Part shown: one piece after another, positions 1 through 15,200 of the stretch | Layout of the letters: every line of letters begins with the position of its first letter | Position numbering within the stretch: the first letter of the stretch is position 1 | DNA from: Phoronis australis | Lineage: Eukaryota; Animalia; Phoronida | Direction of reading: 5' to 3' | Length of the DNA stretch: 64,000 nucleotides | Assembly: GCA_002633005.1 (NCBI GenBank) | Contig: NMRA01000429.1 | Span: 124,001-188,000, forward strand | The notes under the pieces: generated by a model | What the model was told of the DNA's origin: nothing | The model's input: the letters and a program-made list of their open reading frames with translations, nothing else | Database searches by the model: none | Translations under genes and position numbers: made by a program

Positions 1-150
1 CTGCTCAAAAATGATCTCCTGTGGCATGTTATGCTGTAGAATTAGTTCTCCAGCAATAATTATCTGTTCTTTCCAAGCCCAAAAAATCGCATTTTTTGTG
101 GCCTTAAGCATTTGACGGGAGAATGGAGTAGCATGGTTAGTTCCACTCAC

Positions 151-227
151 GTTCACGAACACTGCATTTATGTAGTCATTTCCTCCATCATCGGCCGCCG
201 TCATCAAGAAGGGGCGACATATTCTAA
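151..227 (-). CDS. RPTP exon: PTP D2 (gene continues beyond the window)
   Basis: Phase 1-0. RICRPFLMT...[10 protein letters not shown]. Confidence 0.92.
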
Positions 228-3200
228 CTGCAATGATGTCCAGAACGCCGTATTAAAAAGTGCTCTAAGCTGGTTGACTTAAGACAATCTTGAATGTAAG
301 TCTTATACCAATAATCCACAAAAATCTTGTTGGCCATCATTTTCAAAGTCAACTTCTATCCTACATGTACGTACGCTGGCATCCTGAATGTGGTGGTTAC
401 TTCGGAACCATAGCTTATACTTAATAAGTTCCCAAAATCGCCACGAGGTGGGGACACTGTAGCATCAACATCATAGTTTATTATTTGCAATAAGGAATGC
501 AAACCAGCCATATTGGCTTCAAGCAAGAAAAAAGTAATAGGAACATATCTAGATAATGAAAATTTAACGGCTATTTTAGGGTGGAATGCCGTTTTTTTTT
601 TAACCATGAACATATTCAGAGTGAATGTAACATTATTTGTGAGAATCAAAAATTTCCATGACTAGTTCAGTAACCTTTTAAAGGTAATGATGGGCATAGC
701 GAAAAATGGATTCATGAGCGATGCTCACTTTTAAAGTTGAAAAGTAGGCCAAACTAAATCAACAAAATCCTTTTTTGAGCTTCACAGTTTTCACTACAAA
801 ATGGACAATTTCTTCATTCAGTAGCTAAAAAGGGACTATAAAATTTAAACTCACGTGGTAGAATGTTTGGATCTCTATTCTTGGAAGAGTTTTCTTTCAG
901 TTTCCCCGCTGCATACTCCTCTGCGTCTGCAGCCAGGCACAGTCGATTTAGAGTCTACAATGAGAGTCAGTGACCGAGATTATAACAAATAACTAATGAA
1001 TTAAGTACATTTGACTTTACTTCATCGAGCACAACAACATCAACATCAACGACAACAACCAATATATAACTAACAATGACAACAATAACCTACATGTAAG
1101 TAGAACGACAAAAGCGATAACTTTAAAGTTCAACTAGTATATGGAAACAAATAAACAAAAAATCCACGGGAACATTCATTATTTTTTAAAATCTTTCCGA
1201 CGGACTTACTAGAAACCTTAACGTTGATTGACTAAAATATTTTGACAGTTAGCAGATAAACATTTCCCGCAAATTGCGTGCAATAGAAAATACTTACTTT
1301 GAGCTCTTCCTTTAAAGTGGTTTTGCTGGATATAATTTCCTGCAGACGAAACCGAAACTCAGCTGTTGGGATGAATGTGTCGCCTGTGTGTAGCTTTTCT
1401 ACCATGGCAGTGTAGATGAACTTGTATTGGTCCTTAGAACAGAGACAGACGGTGCTTAAAATCAAGGTGTGCAAACTGTTGTTCGAAATATACAGTTAGT
1501 TGTTGCCATTATAAAATCCACAACTTTCTCTATCACCAGAATTTGCACCCCTTTCTCAGTAGGTAAGTTCCACTAAAATGACAGGATCTAGGTATGCGTA
1601 AGGTGCCTGTATTAAATGTAAATGAGCTTTAATTAATGTTTCAAAGTTTACTCACTCTTGAAACGTCTCGTAAAGTTGGCATCAGATGGCGTTGCCAAAA
1701 AAACCTGACCAATTTTAATTGTCATGTGGGGACTTTTTTGAAAACAAAAGCAAAAACACCACGTCACCGCAGCAATAACAACAGAACCAATTATATGATT
1801 TTTTTTCTAATCAGTAGAAGGACCCGTTTTGATAAAATTATGCAAACAATTTCAGACGTTTCGTTTGACATAAAAACTCGAGTAATTCCTATCATCGTCC
1901 TTCTCGCGTTTCACTGTCGCCAGTTGGGCATCGTTAAGCTGGATTATACAAAGGGCAGTCCACACACATTTGCATATAAACTATTCATACCAGCGTTTGC
2001 ACCATGTTGACTCGCTGTTGGCGAATTTGTCCGAGTTGGCCTAAAACGTCAACCGCACCCTCCGCGTCTGCTTGATCGGACAGAATGTCCATCATGATGA
2101 AAGTGCCAGTTCGACCCACCCCAGCACTGCAATTTAGAAAAGTGAAATTTAGAATACCGTGTCTCCTGCGACATCATCGCTGATCGGAAAATTCGTCATT
2201 GGCTGAGACAGGGCTCAACAGGTCAGCTTATTCCGATATTCACACAGAGCACGATAACAAGCAATAACGAGATGTTTGTCCTCTCCATGGTCAGAAGTAG
2301 CAGGAGTGACAAAACACACAACATGCGAGTTGATCGTCATTACCTTCATCAGCCTTAAACCTGGGACAATAGCAGATATACGAGTAAAGAGACCAGGCAA
2401 TACCTTAATACAACATTATAATATTATATGCGACACATACATGTATTGTCACCTGGGCGTCAAAATAAACCTATTCCGTAACGCATGATGCTCACCAGCG
2501 AAAGCTAATGCTAATATGTGCCGTGCTTATGATGAATTGCGACTTTTCCCGAATACTTGCATCATCTCACAAAGCTCACAAGAATCTTGCTTTATGGAAC
2601 AGAGCGTACAATTTTGAAAAGTAAGTTCGACTGGAGGGGAAATATTAGATAGACGAAGGGTTCGTACGTTAAAAAACAATCATGGCGGATTTGCGCGTAG
2701 TTTCAACTCATTTGTACTGATTCGTCAACAAGAAGACAATTAGAGTGTATATACTTTGATGGAGGACTGTAATTCTTTTGGCTTACCTGCAGTGAACCAC
2801 AGTGGGCACGCCGTCATTATCTTCCCGGATGTGGTCTTTGACGGTTCGGTAGAACTTCCACAGAGCTGAAGAGCTGCTGGGCACTCCGTGGTCTGGCCAG
2901 GATGTGAAGTGGTACTGACTGGTAGTAAGCCTCTGCTGCTCACAATTATCCTTTGGCAAAAATGCAACTTTGTTTTGGCTTACAGTAAAGTATTTTGCAC
3001 AATTTAAAAAAAACAAATACACCTGAGACTGACACAAGAACGTTTACTTACATCAGTAAAACATTACCATCCGTAATGTCTGACTGATTACCATTCGTAC
3101 TATCTGGCTGATTACCATTGGTAATGCCTGAATGATTACCATTCGTACTATCTGTCTGATTACCATTGGCAATGCCTTCCTCATTTTTGTCAAACGCTAG

Positions 3201-6200
3201 TCACGCTTACTCATTTATCTGACTTTCTAAAGAAGTTACTAAAACATTCAAAATGTTAATCTAGAACAAAGCCTCATATTTAATCAAAGGTCTGATTCAA
3301 GTTACATGAATGTGGTGGTATACGACACCCTTTTGTCGGATAAGACTCTATTCCGACTTAAACACGCATCAATCCTACCTTTGTTACTTCAAATTTTCTT
3401 ATTGTGAAGTCGGTCCCTTTTTCTTTGTCGACAGCTGTTACTCTGACGTCACCGTACTTTTCAAATTGAGTGTCTTCTGGCCAGTAAACCTCACACTTGC
3501 GCTAGAAGTATATCGTACATGTAAGCCTGGCACATGCCTGTCGTCTTAAGAAAAAAGGTGCCTTCACCCAGTAACCATTTTATAGGTCGGGAATGGTCTT
3601 TAACGATCACGAGGAATTACTTTATAAATCAGAGAAGGGTGAACGTTGAGAACGCCTTTACAGCACTATGTCCAGACACTGGGATACGATTCCCGAGTAC
3701 GACAGTCCTGCTGCAAACGACTTATTGGACATGGATTGTTCCAAGCCCCCTCGACCCCCACACCCCACGNCTGCCAGACACTCGTTGTAGCTCCATATTG
3801 GAATGTGACGGAGTAAAGATCCATAAAGTTTCATTATGTTTTAAACTTTCAAACTTGCCGAATCGACTCTCTTATTTACAAAAAAAAAGCATGGAGACGA
3901 CAGCTGAGCTCATGGCCCGAATAGTTGGTCCTGCAAGTCAACGCTTGTTACGTGTATATGTTCAGATATAGTCGAGCTTGTGTAGACTGGGTCGAGGGAA
4001 TTGTGTGTCGTGGACCGAGGGTTTTGTAGGGTGTGGGGGTTGGGGGCGGGGGGTTATAACAATCCATTGTAGTGGTTTTCTTCGTATCATAAAATGTGAA
4101 TGGCCCAGAATACGTTCGATACGTCCGAGCCGAGATTTCCCTTGCATTAAGGTATTTGCATAATTTCACCAAAGTCCGCACGGCAACACCAAAGACAGGC
4201 ACTTGGCGGCGCAGCGGTGTTAATTCTAAACATATAATAAAATCAGTTGCTTTTTTGTTAAGGTGTTTCCACCTGTTTAAAAAGAATAACGTCTGAGAAA
4301 AGAGAAACATTGATTTTGAGGAACATGCTGTTCGTCACCTTGAAGAAAAATATTTACACCCCTCCGGTTTTTGTGCGCGCATTTTCTTAAAAAAAGGGTA
4401 ATGAAAAACAAAAACCTTCCTTTGCAATTTCGTGTAGGTTAGGCCCTCTGGAACCAAATAATGACTGGGCTACATCTTCATACCACAACACACTACTCCT
4501 AAAATGCCCAAGGAGTAGTTTACACGTTTAAACTGAGTTTAATGCTTGTAACAAGTTTGCCGTCGGATTATTCAATTCAAAAAACAAAAGCTATGCTCCT
4601 ATCAGCAGAACATCCCGTATTTATGCACGTATCTTGGAGGGGCTTACAGATCCAGAAATTCTCCTGCACTAGGTTACTTGTTATAGCTGCAGTGTTATTA
4701 TACGTGTTGCTCCGATGTCTTTCTACTAAGACCCCTTCTTTACATGATCCATGGTACGCGCCTGTCGTTATACAGTACATGTATGTCCTACCTTCCCATC
4801 TTCCACGTTCTTGGTCAGCATCACAATCCGTGTAATTTGTTCTTGCCATATCATTCGCCAAAAGTCTTCCACAGTGTTTCTATTTGGGCCTAAAGAAGGC
4901 AAGGTACAAGCATTGACAGTGACAAATATTTTCCAGGAAAATGCTTACGATTAGCTAGGCCACATGGTGACCTGGCCCCGGTATCTAATCTGTGTACTCC
5001 AAACAAACTTGAAAATGTTTTTGGCGATTTCTCTGCCCATTTTTACGAAGTCAATATAAGTGGTTATCACACTGTTCTCGAAAACATTATACGCCGCAGT
5101 TTATGCATATGAGTTTCTAGTCCAAGTTTGCACTTGAAGACCCTTACATTCGCGCTACAAAATCAAGTAAAAACTCGAAATTTCGAACTTTTAGCCTTAA
5201 TGTTGGGTTTATCAACTGCAAAGTAGGACTAATAAATTATCAGTGTAAATCATTATGAACTCTAGTACAATATAATTAAAAAATTGCAAAAATAATTTCT
5301 AGTTCCATTTCAATTAAAAAGATTTTAGAGACCGGGCCAGCATGATAAGCATTAAGGTTAGTCTCCCAAGAATTCTGCGAGATAGATATCAAAGTCTTCG
5401 CGAGATGTCGTCAAGCATTTAAAGATAATTAGTACGTAATTTCAAAATATTCATTCGTTAGTGTCTAGAGCTAACACAACGGGCAACATCTTGTATCGTA
5501 TTTGTCTCAAATAAATAAACTAAAACTATATCTCTAGTCAAAAGACACTCTATTGCAATACGCGCCTCCATTACGTACCCATAGCAGCAATGAATGCCTT
5601 AGGACGATTGTAACCATCAATGTAGCTCGCGTTAACATAGCCAGAATTAATGTCGTGGGGCAGAAGTTCAAGGACGACGCGATTTTTGTCATCTAGAAGA
5701 TGATGTTGGAGGATGTTATAATTTGTATTAGAAATGCGAGGTTCACTGCCAATGGCAGACAACTCACTAACAACAAACGACAGAGATCTGACGTAAATTT
5801 GGACGACAGGGTCAATAGTTACGTGAGATTTCAACGACTGGTTAAGTAAAACGTAAAGTAAACGTCAAGAACATGCAACAAAAACAACGCCCGTTAATAT
5901 CCTTAACCTGTTCAATGTAGGTTAAAAAATCTGCATTCTATTTTATTATTTTGTTGTTTTATTCTTCAACGTCAGAGGGCGTATCCTGAGGTGAAAGAAG
6001 TCCGTGAGATATGGACGAAACGGCTATACACGTTTTACGCATGGTACGGTTTCTTTGGTTTCAAAATTGATCTTTTTTTCTATATTTCTATAATTTAAAT
6101 GAAAACCAGGAGTATACATGGTATAAATCTGCTTTAAGATTTCAAAATCCTTAGCAAAACTAAACGTTGATAGGTAAACAATTGCAGAGCCTCCTTTAAG

Positions 6201-9200
6201 TAAATAATTTACATGCTAAGATGTTCTTGAATCGGTTTTTCTTTTTATTCTCCTCTTTACTTCCCTCGGTATGGGGAAAAATGTGATTGGAGGGTAGGCT
6301 CTGAAAAAGATATGCACAGAATACAGGCAGAAGCTACACAACACATTCGAAACAGTGTTTAACACGAGCAAGGTTTATTCATACATTTCCTACCTAATAA
6401 ATGTATATTGTTTGCAACAAAGGCGTAAAAGCAAAGCTGAACTTCAGTAAGTTTATGAAGGCTAACATAGTCATCTTGGATAAATGTAAACACTATCTTA
6501 AGTTGTAAGATGATCTTATTTTAGGAGCACGTGTTACCGTACGTTGTCAAAAAGAGGGAATAAGAATTCACGGAATAGCTTACGTCGGCGCAGGCAGAAA
6601 AACACAGACTGTTAAACTTGTATTGTTTACAGGACGAACTTCGTCAAATTAAACTTGACTCGGACTGTCAACTATACACTCTTAAGTGGTGCGCCCAAAA
6701 TGTGTAGAATGCGTGCTCTCCAGTTCGGACAATGCCTTATTCAACGAAAGTGAGCGATATGTCAAAGTTATCATGCCAAAATTTACGTACCTCATACTCT
6801 TTCACAACTATGTCGTTGTTAAAGGCACATCCGACGTACCACACCAAATCTTCCACTTTGATTGATTTATTGAAGTCTTCGTAAACTGGGTCCGACACAA
6901 GTGGGTTCGACGCTTGGGGACTTCCATTCATCGGTTCCGCATTTACGTACGCATTTTCGAAGCCATTGGAAGATTCTGTTTTGGATTATAACCATTCGAG
7001 GAATTGCCAATAATTTAATGCAGTGCAAAATCTCTTACAAATAAAACAGTTTCCATTATAACCATTTTGAGTGTCACAGCCATGCGATATTACCACTACC
7101 GTTACCACCTTGAGAACTGAAAAGTCAGCCGGCCAATTCTTGAAAAGTCATTTAAATAGTTTTTTTTGATGGAAAAGTCATGTTAGGAGAAAGAAACACA
7201 TGTAAGAATTATTTCAAGACATTACAAATCATAGTTTGAGGGGTTGCAAAGCTCAAATTGCAAATTAATAAAATTATTGTTGTTTAAAAGTTGTATTTAT
7301 TTCGAAATGGCTTGAATTGAGTCTGCTACACAGTTATACAGGTAGTTGGCGCGCGGGTTTCTGGCCCTGTATTGAACTTCTACCCAATATGTGAGTTAGC
7401 TTAGGTCAGCAAAGGAGAAGTCCGAACTCAAAATCTTCGCAAGACGTTGTCAATTTCTCTTTATGCGAATACGAGAGCAAACTCCGTCTACAACTTTGTG
7501 GGCAGGTTTAGCCGTAGTATATACACGTAATATGATAAGTACACTGAAGCACAGTAAGACACAAAACTAACACTTACCGTCAGACTCTGCTTCGATGTTA
7601 TCTAGGTGCAGATCTGAGGAGGCGCCCTTGTTTGCAGACTGGTGTCTTCGCCTAACAAAGAGGAATGTGAGTTTCAATTTTGTCCATATACATTGTGTGT
7701 AGTCACGTCAATATTGCGAAAAACTCCAACACAAAATACATGTTCATTATTTTAAACAAAAACGCATTGCTTTGATTTCAAATTTTTTGCAGACACTTCC
7801 CAAAAGATCAGTTGAGGATTTAATTGATGCTTCAGTGTTTGTTTCCGGGTTTTGTCGGCAAGTCTTATTATGCATAAATTTGTGTTTAATAAAACCCTTT
7901 TCGAAAAACCCTTTAATTTATGCTGAAAACATCCAAAAACCCCTGACCACGTTGTCAACCTGTTTTAATTGGTGCACTTACATGTTTTATCTGACACTCG
8001 TAAGTCATTTAATTGAGTTGTTTGTAAAATGTGTTCCAGTTAAGTATTTCAGCCTTTTTCGGTGATTGAGTTGGAAACGTCTTGTTCTCACCTCCGCACA
8101 ATGAAAACTGCCAATGCTAGAACCAAGAGGAATGCTGCAACTCCACCACAAGCGCCTCCAATCGTTGTCATCCTGCCTTGTTTAAAGTTCTTTGCTGACA
8201 TCGATGGAGAATAAAACGTTAGTCCTAATTCATTCATTATAACAACAATTTCCTTCATATCACAGACCTTGAATCTGAACATTAGCGATAGCGGTGGCCA
8301 TCATTGGACATTACATAAGATTTGCAGGGTAAGCCATCCCGGAAAACCAAGAAAAAAACGGACTGAGTTAACATATAATACTTGTTTTAATAAATGCCCG
8401 GATGCTCCATTCTGAACACTGTTTACATAGCACATTTGGTCCTTTTACACTGGGACAGAACCAAACCAATAAGCCTCGATTCCATGTAGCGGGTACATGT
8501 AAATCAGTAAATGGCTACTTAGAATGAAATAAATGTCATGATATTCCCAATTTTATTATTAATAAAATTGGGAATATAATGACATTTATTGTATTCTAAG
8601 TTTACTTGTGGGCTACAAAAACTGGTTGAACTTGTTTACATTAAGCTACAGTTTCACGTAGGTAGAAGCAGACGAATGTTTCAATGAATTTCAATGAAAT
8701 TTCAAAGTTGTTTTGGCCATGTCATCAACCTGGGACTCGTGTAGGATTTTTTATTTATCGAATGGTGACAACAAGTCTTCGCTCCAGTGACTTCAAAGCA
8801 CTATATACAATATACCGGGAATTTCCGAAAATACGCTCATAGGCGTACTTTTGGTGGGGCTATTTTTGGAGATACCCGGTACGCAAATCACTGTCCGCGC
8901 TAAAGTGCATGGCGTCTTACACAGATGTACATGTAGATTGTGCAAGTTTACACAGACCACTTGTAGGTTTAGAATTTACCTCCCTCTTCAACAGTCTCAT
9001 AAATCGAACTGCTCCAACTGCCCCAGTGAGTAGTCTTTGCACGAATCTGGAATATGTACATAACAAAATATAAAGCTCTTATTCCCACGTGACATCGTAC
9101 AACTATCAACTAATAATATGGTCACTCAGACACAGTGACATCGTACAAATCCCACTAATGATACTAGCACTGAGGCACAGTGACTGATGACTGGAGAGAC

Positions 9201-12200
9201 CATGCTAAGTTCATGTTTGAAAGCTTTGAGTAATACAGTAGTTGATTCATGCTAATGGCGGCATTTGAACGAACACATGTGCACTGGGGTATATGGACTG
9301 ATTGTGGTATAAGCTAAGACAAATGATAGTCCGAATTCCACAATAATAGAAAAAACATCCATGAAAACGTCTAAAGCAATAATTCAGAACCCATACTGAG
9401 ACACCAAAGACACCAGGGCTGAGTTGCATAAAGCTTCAAAAGTTATCCGCTGGATAAGTTTGATTGTTGCATGACGTCAGGTGTATTGTTCAACAATAAC
9501 AAGGTGGCACGTGATAATGCAACGTCATTGTTGCTATACGGCGTATAACTTTTATGCAACTGAGCCAAGGACAAGTCAACTGAGCCTCACCTTAAACTCG
9601 TATGTGTTCTTGATCTTCAAGTTAAGAAGCTTCAAAGAAGAACAGTCGGTACACGTGGTTCTGTTGTTGTCATCCGTTTCGTTTAGACTTTGGTGATTTA
9701 GCTGATATTTGCGTATGACGCCGTTAGGGGGACACGGTGGCGTCCATCCAATAATGACTGATGTTGCGTTCATGTCTATCACACCTAAGTTATTAGGTGA
9801 TGGTGGAGCTGTAATGTTTAAACAACAGCATTGTGAGTAGCAGTAGAAGGCAACGTAGGATTGTTTGAATGTGGCAAGATGGGGTTCTAGTAAAAATACA
9901 TAATTCTCGTAATTACAAAGAGACATTGTCCAACTTTGCGGGAAGTGCATACACCGCCGACAGACCGTCGCCATGTCGTGGTTATAGACAAAAATGTCTG
10001 AGGGCTACACAAATGAGGCTTACATAGGCGCTTGCGTATATCCAAGAGTTCAACTTTACTCTAGTGCTAAGACAATTGACACACGCTTGACCAAAACGAT
10101 ATTTTACACTAATTTAATAAAAAATGCTTTAAACAGCTATGACGTTGTTAAAATTCACTCAGTTTCAGTGTATGATAAAACATCACGGCCCGTTACCATT
10201 AATAGTGAAACAATAGCCGACTCGGAATACTCATACATGTACATTGCTTTACAAGAAGCACGCCAGTCACGCTATTGGTCACATTTTACTCAAGCCTCAG
10301 TCTCAGCTATGGTGCCCTTGAGCATAGACAAGTTTTCTCCCGAGCCCAAAAAAACTGCTTTTAGAAACGCAATTGCTTTCTGGATCATGGTGTTGTACCT
10401 AGTTCAGTTACACATACATGTAATGAATACCAGAGGAGCGTTCAGTAAGGTAGCATTGAACAGTTAGGCTGAAGCCACTGTTTATGGTACTAGATCAGCT
10501 GTTCCTTTGCGCATGCNAGGACGCGTCTCCACCTGGGTGTGTGTCGGCAGCCAAAACCCTGTAACAAATGCACTGTGCCTTCTTAACGATAGGATCTAGA
10601 CTAGGCGAGATTATTCGAGATGTTGACGAGTAACTTAAATGAGAACACATGGTTTTGGTTAGACATTGCTACTGTACTCTGGGATGTCAAGTTTCACCAG
10701 AAAGCAGTTTACGAGCAGAACGCATTGTGCTCTGGTGTTCTGCGACTTTAATTTGCTCTTCACCTGTAGTACATGTACCTGTAATACCTGTCACGGACAG
10801 GATCATTGGGGATATGCTGGTGCATTAATCCCCTCCCCAGAACATCCCCGTCACAGCAGAAGGCGCAGAACTCTAAGGCTGACGTTGCCTGTAAGCATTT
10901 GATTAGACAGCACTCGGGCACGGCTCTTCTTGCGACTCTTCGCAGCATGGCCATAAATAATACCGGCTTCGAGCAGGCGGCTGCCATCATTGAACTCAGC
11001 CAATTGGGATGCAGTCTGCTCGAGGTTGCGTTTGCGAGCCAGCAAATTATTTCATTTAGAAGTAGGTGAAGCGATTTTCTTTAGAAATAGACAAATACGT
11101 CCGTAGCCCCTTTTACATTGAATATGCAACAATTTTACACCCATACCTAAATATACCTTATACGAAACACCAGCGTGTAAATGCAGACTTACATCGCGCA
11201 CGTTTTCTAATTAAGAAAAGAGATTTCTAAAACAATTGCCCTGAAACTGAGGGACGAGTATAAATCCCCACATATTGCTTTGGAACTACCTTGCAAATGG
11301 AGGTCCGAAATGTTGTTGGCGGTTTTTGTTTCAACAGGTTTCCAGTATTCGATTATTTGGTGTGTGATTACTGATGTAAACATAAGGTGGCTTGTTCATA
11401 TTGCGTTCACGACGTCATGGCTTTTGGAAATACAGAGAACAGCTAACTTGTTCAGAGTGAACCAAAAAGTTGATTCGTCCTGATGAAGTTAGTATGCCTA
11501 TAGTACCTCTTAGGGATGTCGCATATTCAGAGAAACCGTGACATAAAAACCGTGAAAGCTTCACCCAGCAGCAGTGGCTGCGGCAGTAGTAGCGGCAGCG
11601 GCCGCGGCAGCATTTCAATCATCAAAGACCTCACCAAATCACATGTGATAACAGATAATCTTTTGGAAGTTTAAAGGGAAGTGCTTAGTGTTGCTTTATG
11701 AAGAAATGAGATCAGAAAACAAACACTTTTCTGGCGGAATGGTTTAATTTTCACACCCATACGTACATTTAAGTCACGTTCACACCAAGTGTATATTTGC
11801 ACGCGTGAAAATTTACATTTACACGACATGGGCGGCGAAGCGCTGAAAAAGGTGGGGGCTATAGCTTCAAGCCCCCTATGGTGTGCCGCTTATGCACGAC
11901 TTCTGAAACTGGTGTAATTTTTTCATCCGAGTATAGTGTTACATCCGGGTGTATGTTGTAAATATACACTCGGGTGTAAACACGGTCAAGTAAACGGGCT
12001 TTTTGCGTCTGTTACATCGCAAATTTAAAACTTAACAGTGAACAACCATAAACAAGTTGGATATCTGAGGCCTCGTTTACATGATGAAGTTCAGAGCGGA
12101 GTTTATATTTACTTCCGAGTGTATACTTACTTACGGTGTCTCTCGTCTCAGGAGAAAACTTGACATAGCCCATTAAGAGCAATTCCATATAAAAACCAGA

Positions 12201-15200
12201 TGGTGGGCTATATATGCAAAATCACCAATTTTTTTGAAACTTAGCATGTCAGCTGGCCTTGTCAAAAGAAACCTGAGCCTGAATTTTTAAGAGTTTCCAA
12301 GTTTTTTTAAACCCTTTTTGCGACCACTTTATACTTTTTCCGAAAAATAGCAAATAATAGTACTTGGAAGTAGGTGACTTTTTAACAGCAACAACACATC
12401 ATCGCTTCACGCTATAGAAAAAAATAACTATATAGCAGAAAGAAGAAAGAATAACGTACAAGAAAAACTTGTTTGGATGGATTTTTTGATTTTTTATGTC
12501 CTCCCATTTTAGCCTACAAAAATGTCATTTTCACTGCTTATTATTAAAGCCATTTNTTACTGCACGCACTCTGAAGCTGTATGTCGCGTGGGGTTGGAGG
12601 CTTCCAAACTTCTTGGAAAGTCCATTGGTTGAGTCATTGACAAACTCCTCAGAAAGACAAAGCGACGTTTCTCTTTTTAGTTGGTAGTCAAAGTTTTCAG
12701 TAGGACCATTACTTGACAAGCAGGTTGGACGTTCCCAGATGAATTCCAATGTGTTATCAGAACGTTCTGCAATCCTGACGCTTGTCGGTGGTTCAGATGG
12801 TACTGAAATAAAAACCCATATCAATATATTATTAGTTTGAATGTGTGGCCGCTGAAGTACAGTTTTACAGTCTCATCAACAAGTATAAAATACTTCTTAA
12901 CAGTCATTTCACAACCGATTAAGCAACTTTTTGCCGTCCACTTGAAGTTATAGAAAACAAATGAATTCGTGTTACTTATTTAACGCTCGTGTGCTTTGAA
13001 TAGACGATTATTATAGAAGTTACTAAAAATATACCACTGTAATAGAAAAGGATATTTCCACCTCAACAATTTTTACTAACGATACGAAAGGGTATCCTTG
13101 GTGATTTTCTCCTCCTCTCCATCCAAGATACCGGTTCTGGCTCGTACACTTATTTCGTAACGTGAGTACGGACGTAGGTTGACCAATGAAGTTGTTAGTT
13201 CTGTAGTATTTTCCGTCCTTCTGTCCTCTGATGGTTGGTCCGCCATACCGCACGCTAGCACGTTGATGAGCCTGCACTGGATTATGTAGGTTTTCACAGG
13301 ACACCCGTTGTTAATTGGTGCTGCCCATGTTAGGCTTATTGTATCATGCGTGATTGATGAGCTCGTCAAAGTCTCTACTTTGTTGGCCTCTAGAGAAAAA
13401 AGAATCCTCTATAAATAAATAGAAATCTTAAATGGGAGTGGACGCGTGTATCGCAAATATTTCTAAGTCTGGTCTTAGGAACCTTGAAAGGCATTCTGAT
13501 TAAAATGAATTTGCCAGTTATAAACACATAATGTATGGATTAATCTTATATTCCAATTAAGCTGAATTCACTTTGCAATTCGGTTAGTCAAAACCATAGT
13601 TTTTCAAAAGATGACCCTGCTGCAAAGTTTTATATAGAGTATAAGACTTTGCACCGCTGTCGATAAAAAATTCGCTAAATATTAGGCGATACAAAATTAA
13701 TCTTATATTCCAATTAAGTTGAATTCATTTTGCAATTCGGTAAGTCAAAACCATAGCTTTCGAAAAGATGACCTTGCTGCAAAGTTTTATACTAAATATA
13801 ATCTTTGCATGGCTGTCGATAAAAAATTCGCCAAATATTATGCGATACAAAATTGTTGTCATTAAATTTTAAACAAAACTCTTCCTTGAGTAAACTAAAT
13901 TGTTTACCGGTGTTAGAGAAATAGATGTTCTAGCGTAATTCTGTTGCTCAAGTTGTGGAGCGATCTCATGTATAGGCTATTGGCGCCATGGAATGTTGCG
14001 TCACCTATTGGCTAGTTTCTTTTTTCGCCGATTCTTCAATTAGATGTTTTTCTCACAACAAACACTAAGAAGTGATTTCATTTTATTGCAAGTTTTTAGT
14101 ATTTTAATTCCAGAAAAACGATTTTCAAGACAAATTTTGATGCTACAAAGCTGCCTTCATTTCCCGAGAGATGTCGCAAGCAGTTATGATAATGGCGCGT
14201 GCGCGCACCACGAGCATATTGTTTTCAAAACCACGTCCGAAAACGGCCCTAAGTGGGTATCACTTTATGTAAATGGCTCGTTGGCAATGTTGTATGTTAT
14301 TGGAGTTCAGTGAAATCTACATTTCATGCTCCCCCGAACAACTACGTCAACATATGTCCGCACTTTTTGTTATCTAGAGTTCAGGTGAGAGTATTTATTT
14401 GTAACAAGATAAATAACTGAAAGAGCTATATTAGAATCGTCAAAAACAACAAGGACACCTAGAGCGTGTACCAGCGAAATGTAAACAACACCACCACAGT
14501 AACAATCAAATCATCAATAACAGCAGCAATAACAACAATAACAAAAATAAAGAAAACTTCACTTGAAATACCTTGGTGTACGTTTACCTGTATGCATATC
14601 CACCCACCTTTCTCGAGACTGGTAACAGAGCTCTCTTGTGAGACGTCGGAGTTTAAATCTTTGTTGTGTGCTTGTATTTTGAATGTCCACTCAGTGCACA
14701 CTAGGGTAGAGAACACTCTTTTCAACGTGCTGGACGGTATGTTAGCTTCACTTGCCCAGTCTGAATTTTTGCTCTTGTAGTGCAGCGTGTAAGTTCCCGC
14801 AGAGTCGCATCGCCAATCTGGCTCCTGCAAAGTTGAATGACCAATGAAAAGCGTAAGAGTCATGCAAGATCCTGCAGCTCATTGAAAGATACTGCTTAGT
14901 CAAAACATGATTCAAATCTTCTATAAAATGAAGTAAGGACAGTTTGAATTAAAAAAAACAGTACTACAAAACCGGAAATACCGACAGCTTCAACTTGAAT
15001 GGCAATTTGACATACATGTATATAAAGACTTGGAAAGAAAAATCAATTGGCTCCAAAACCGAGTTTACTGTTCATGATCGACTTACATTCCACGACACGC
15101 GAATTGCAGTTGATTTCGGGATCAAAGTTACGATTGGAAGACGTGGAACTGAAATTAAACATTTAATGTAAAAGTCAACAACCGCTCATGTGTACATTTC

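Noticed and set aside
3063-3177. Short regularly spaced repeats resembling a CRISPR array
   Set aside because: The units are contiguous 24-mers with no unique spacers, inside a eukaryotic intron, with no cas genes. This is a minisatellite.
9994-11069. Plus- and minus-strand ORFs of 64-157 aa in the RPTP intron
   Set aside because: No recognisable domain and no phase-compatible splice sites. The region contains an assembly N at 10517.
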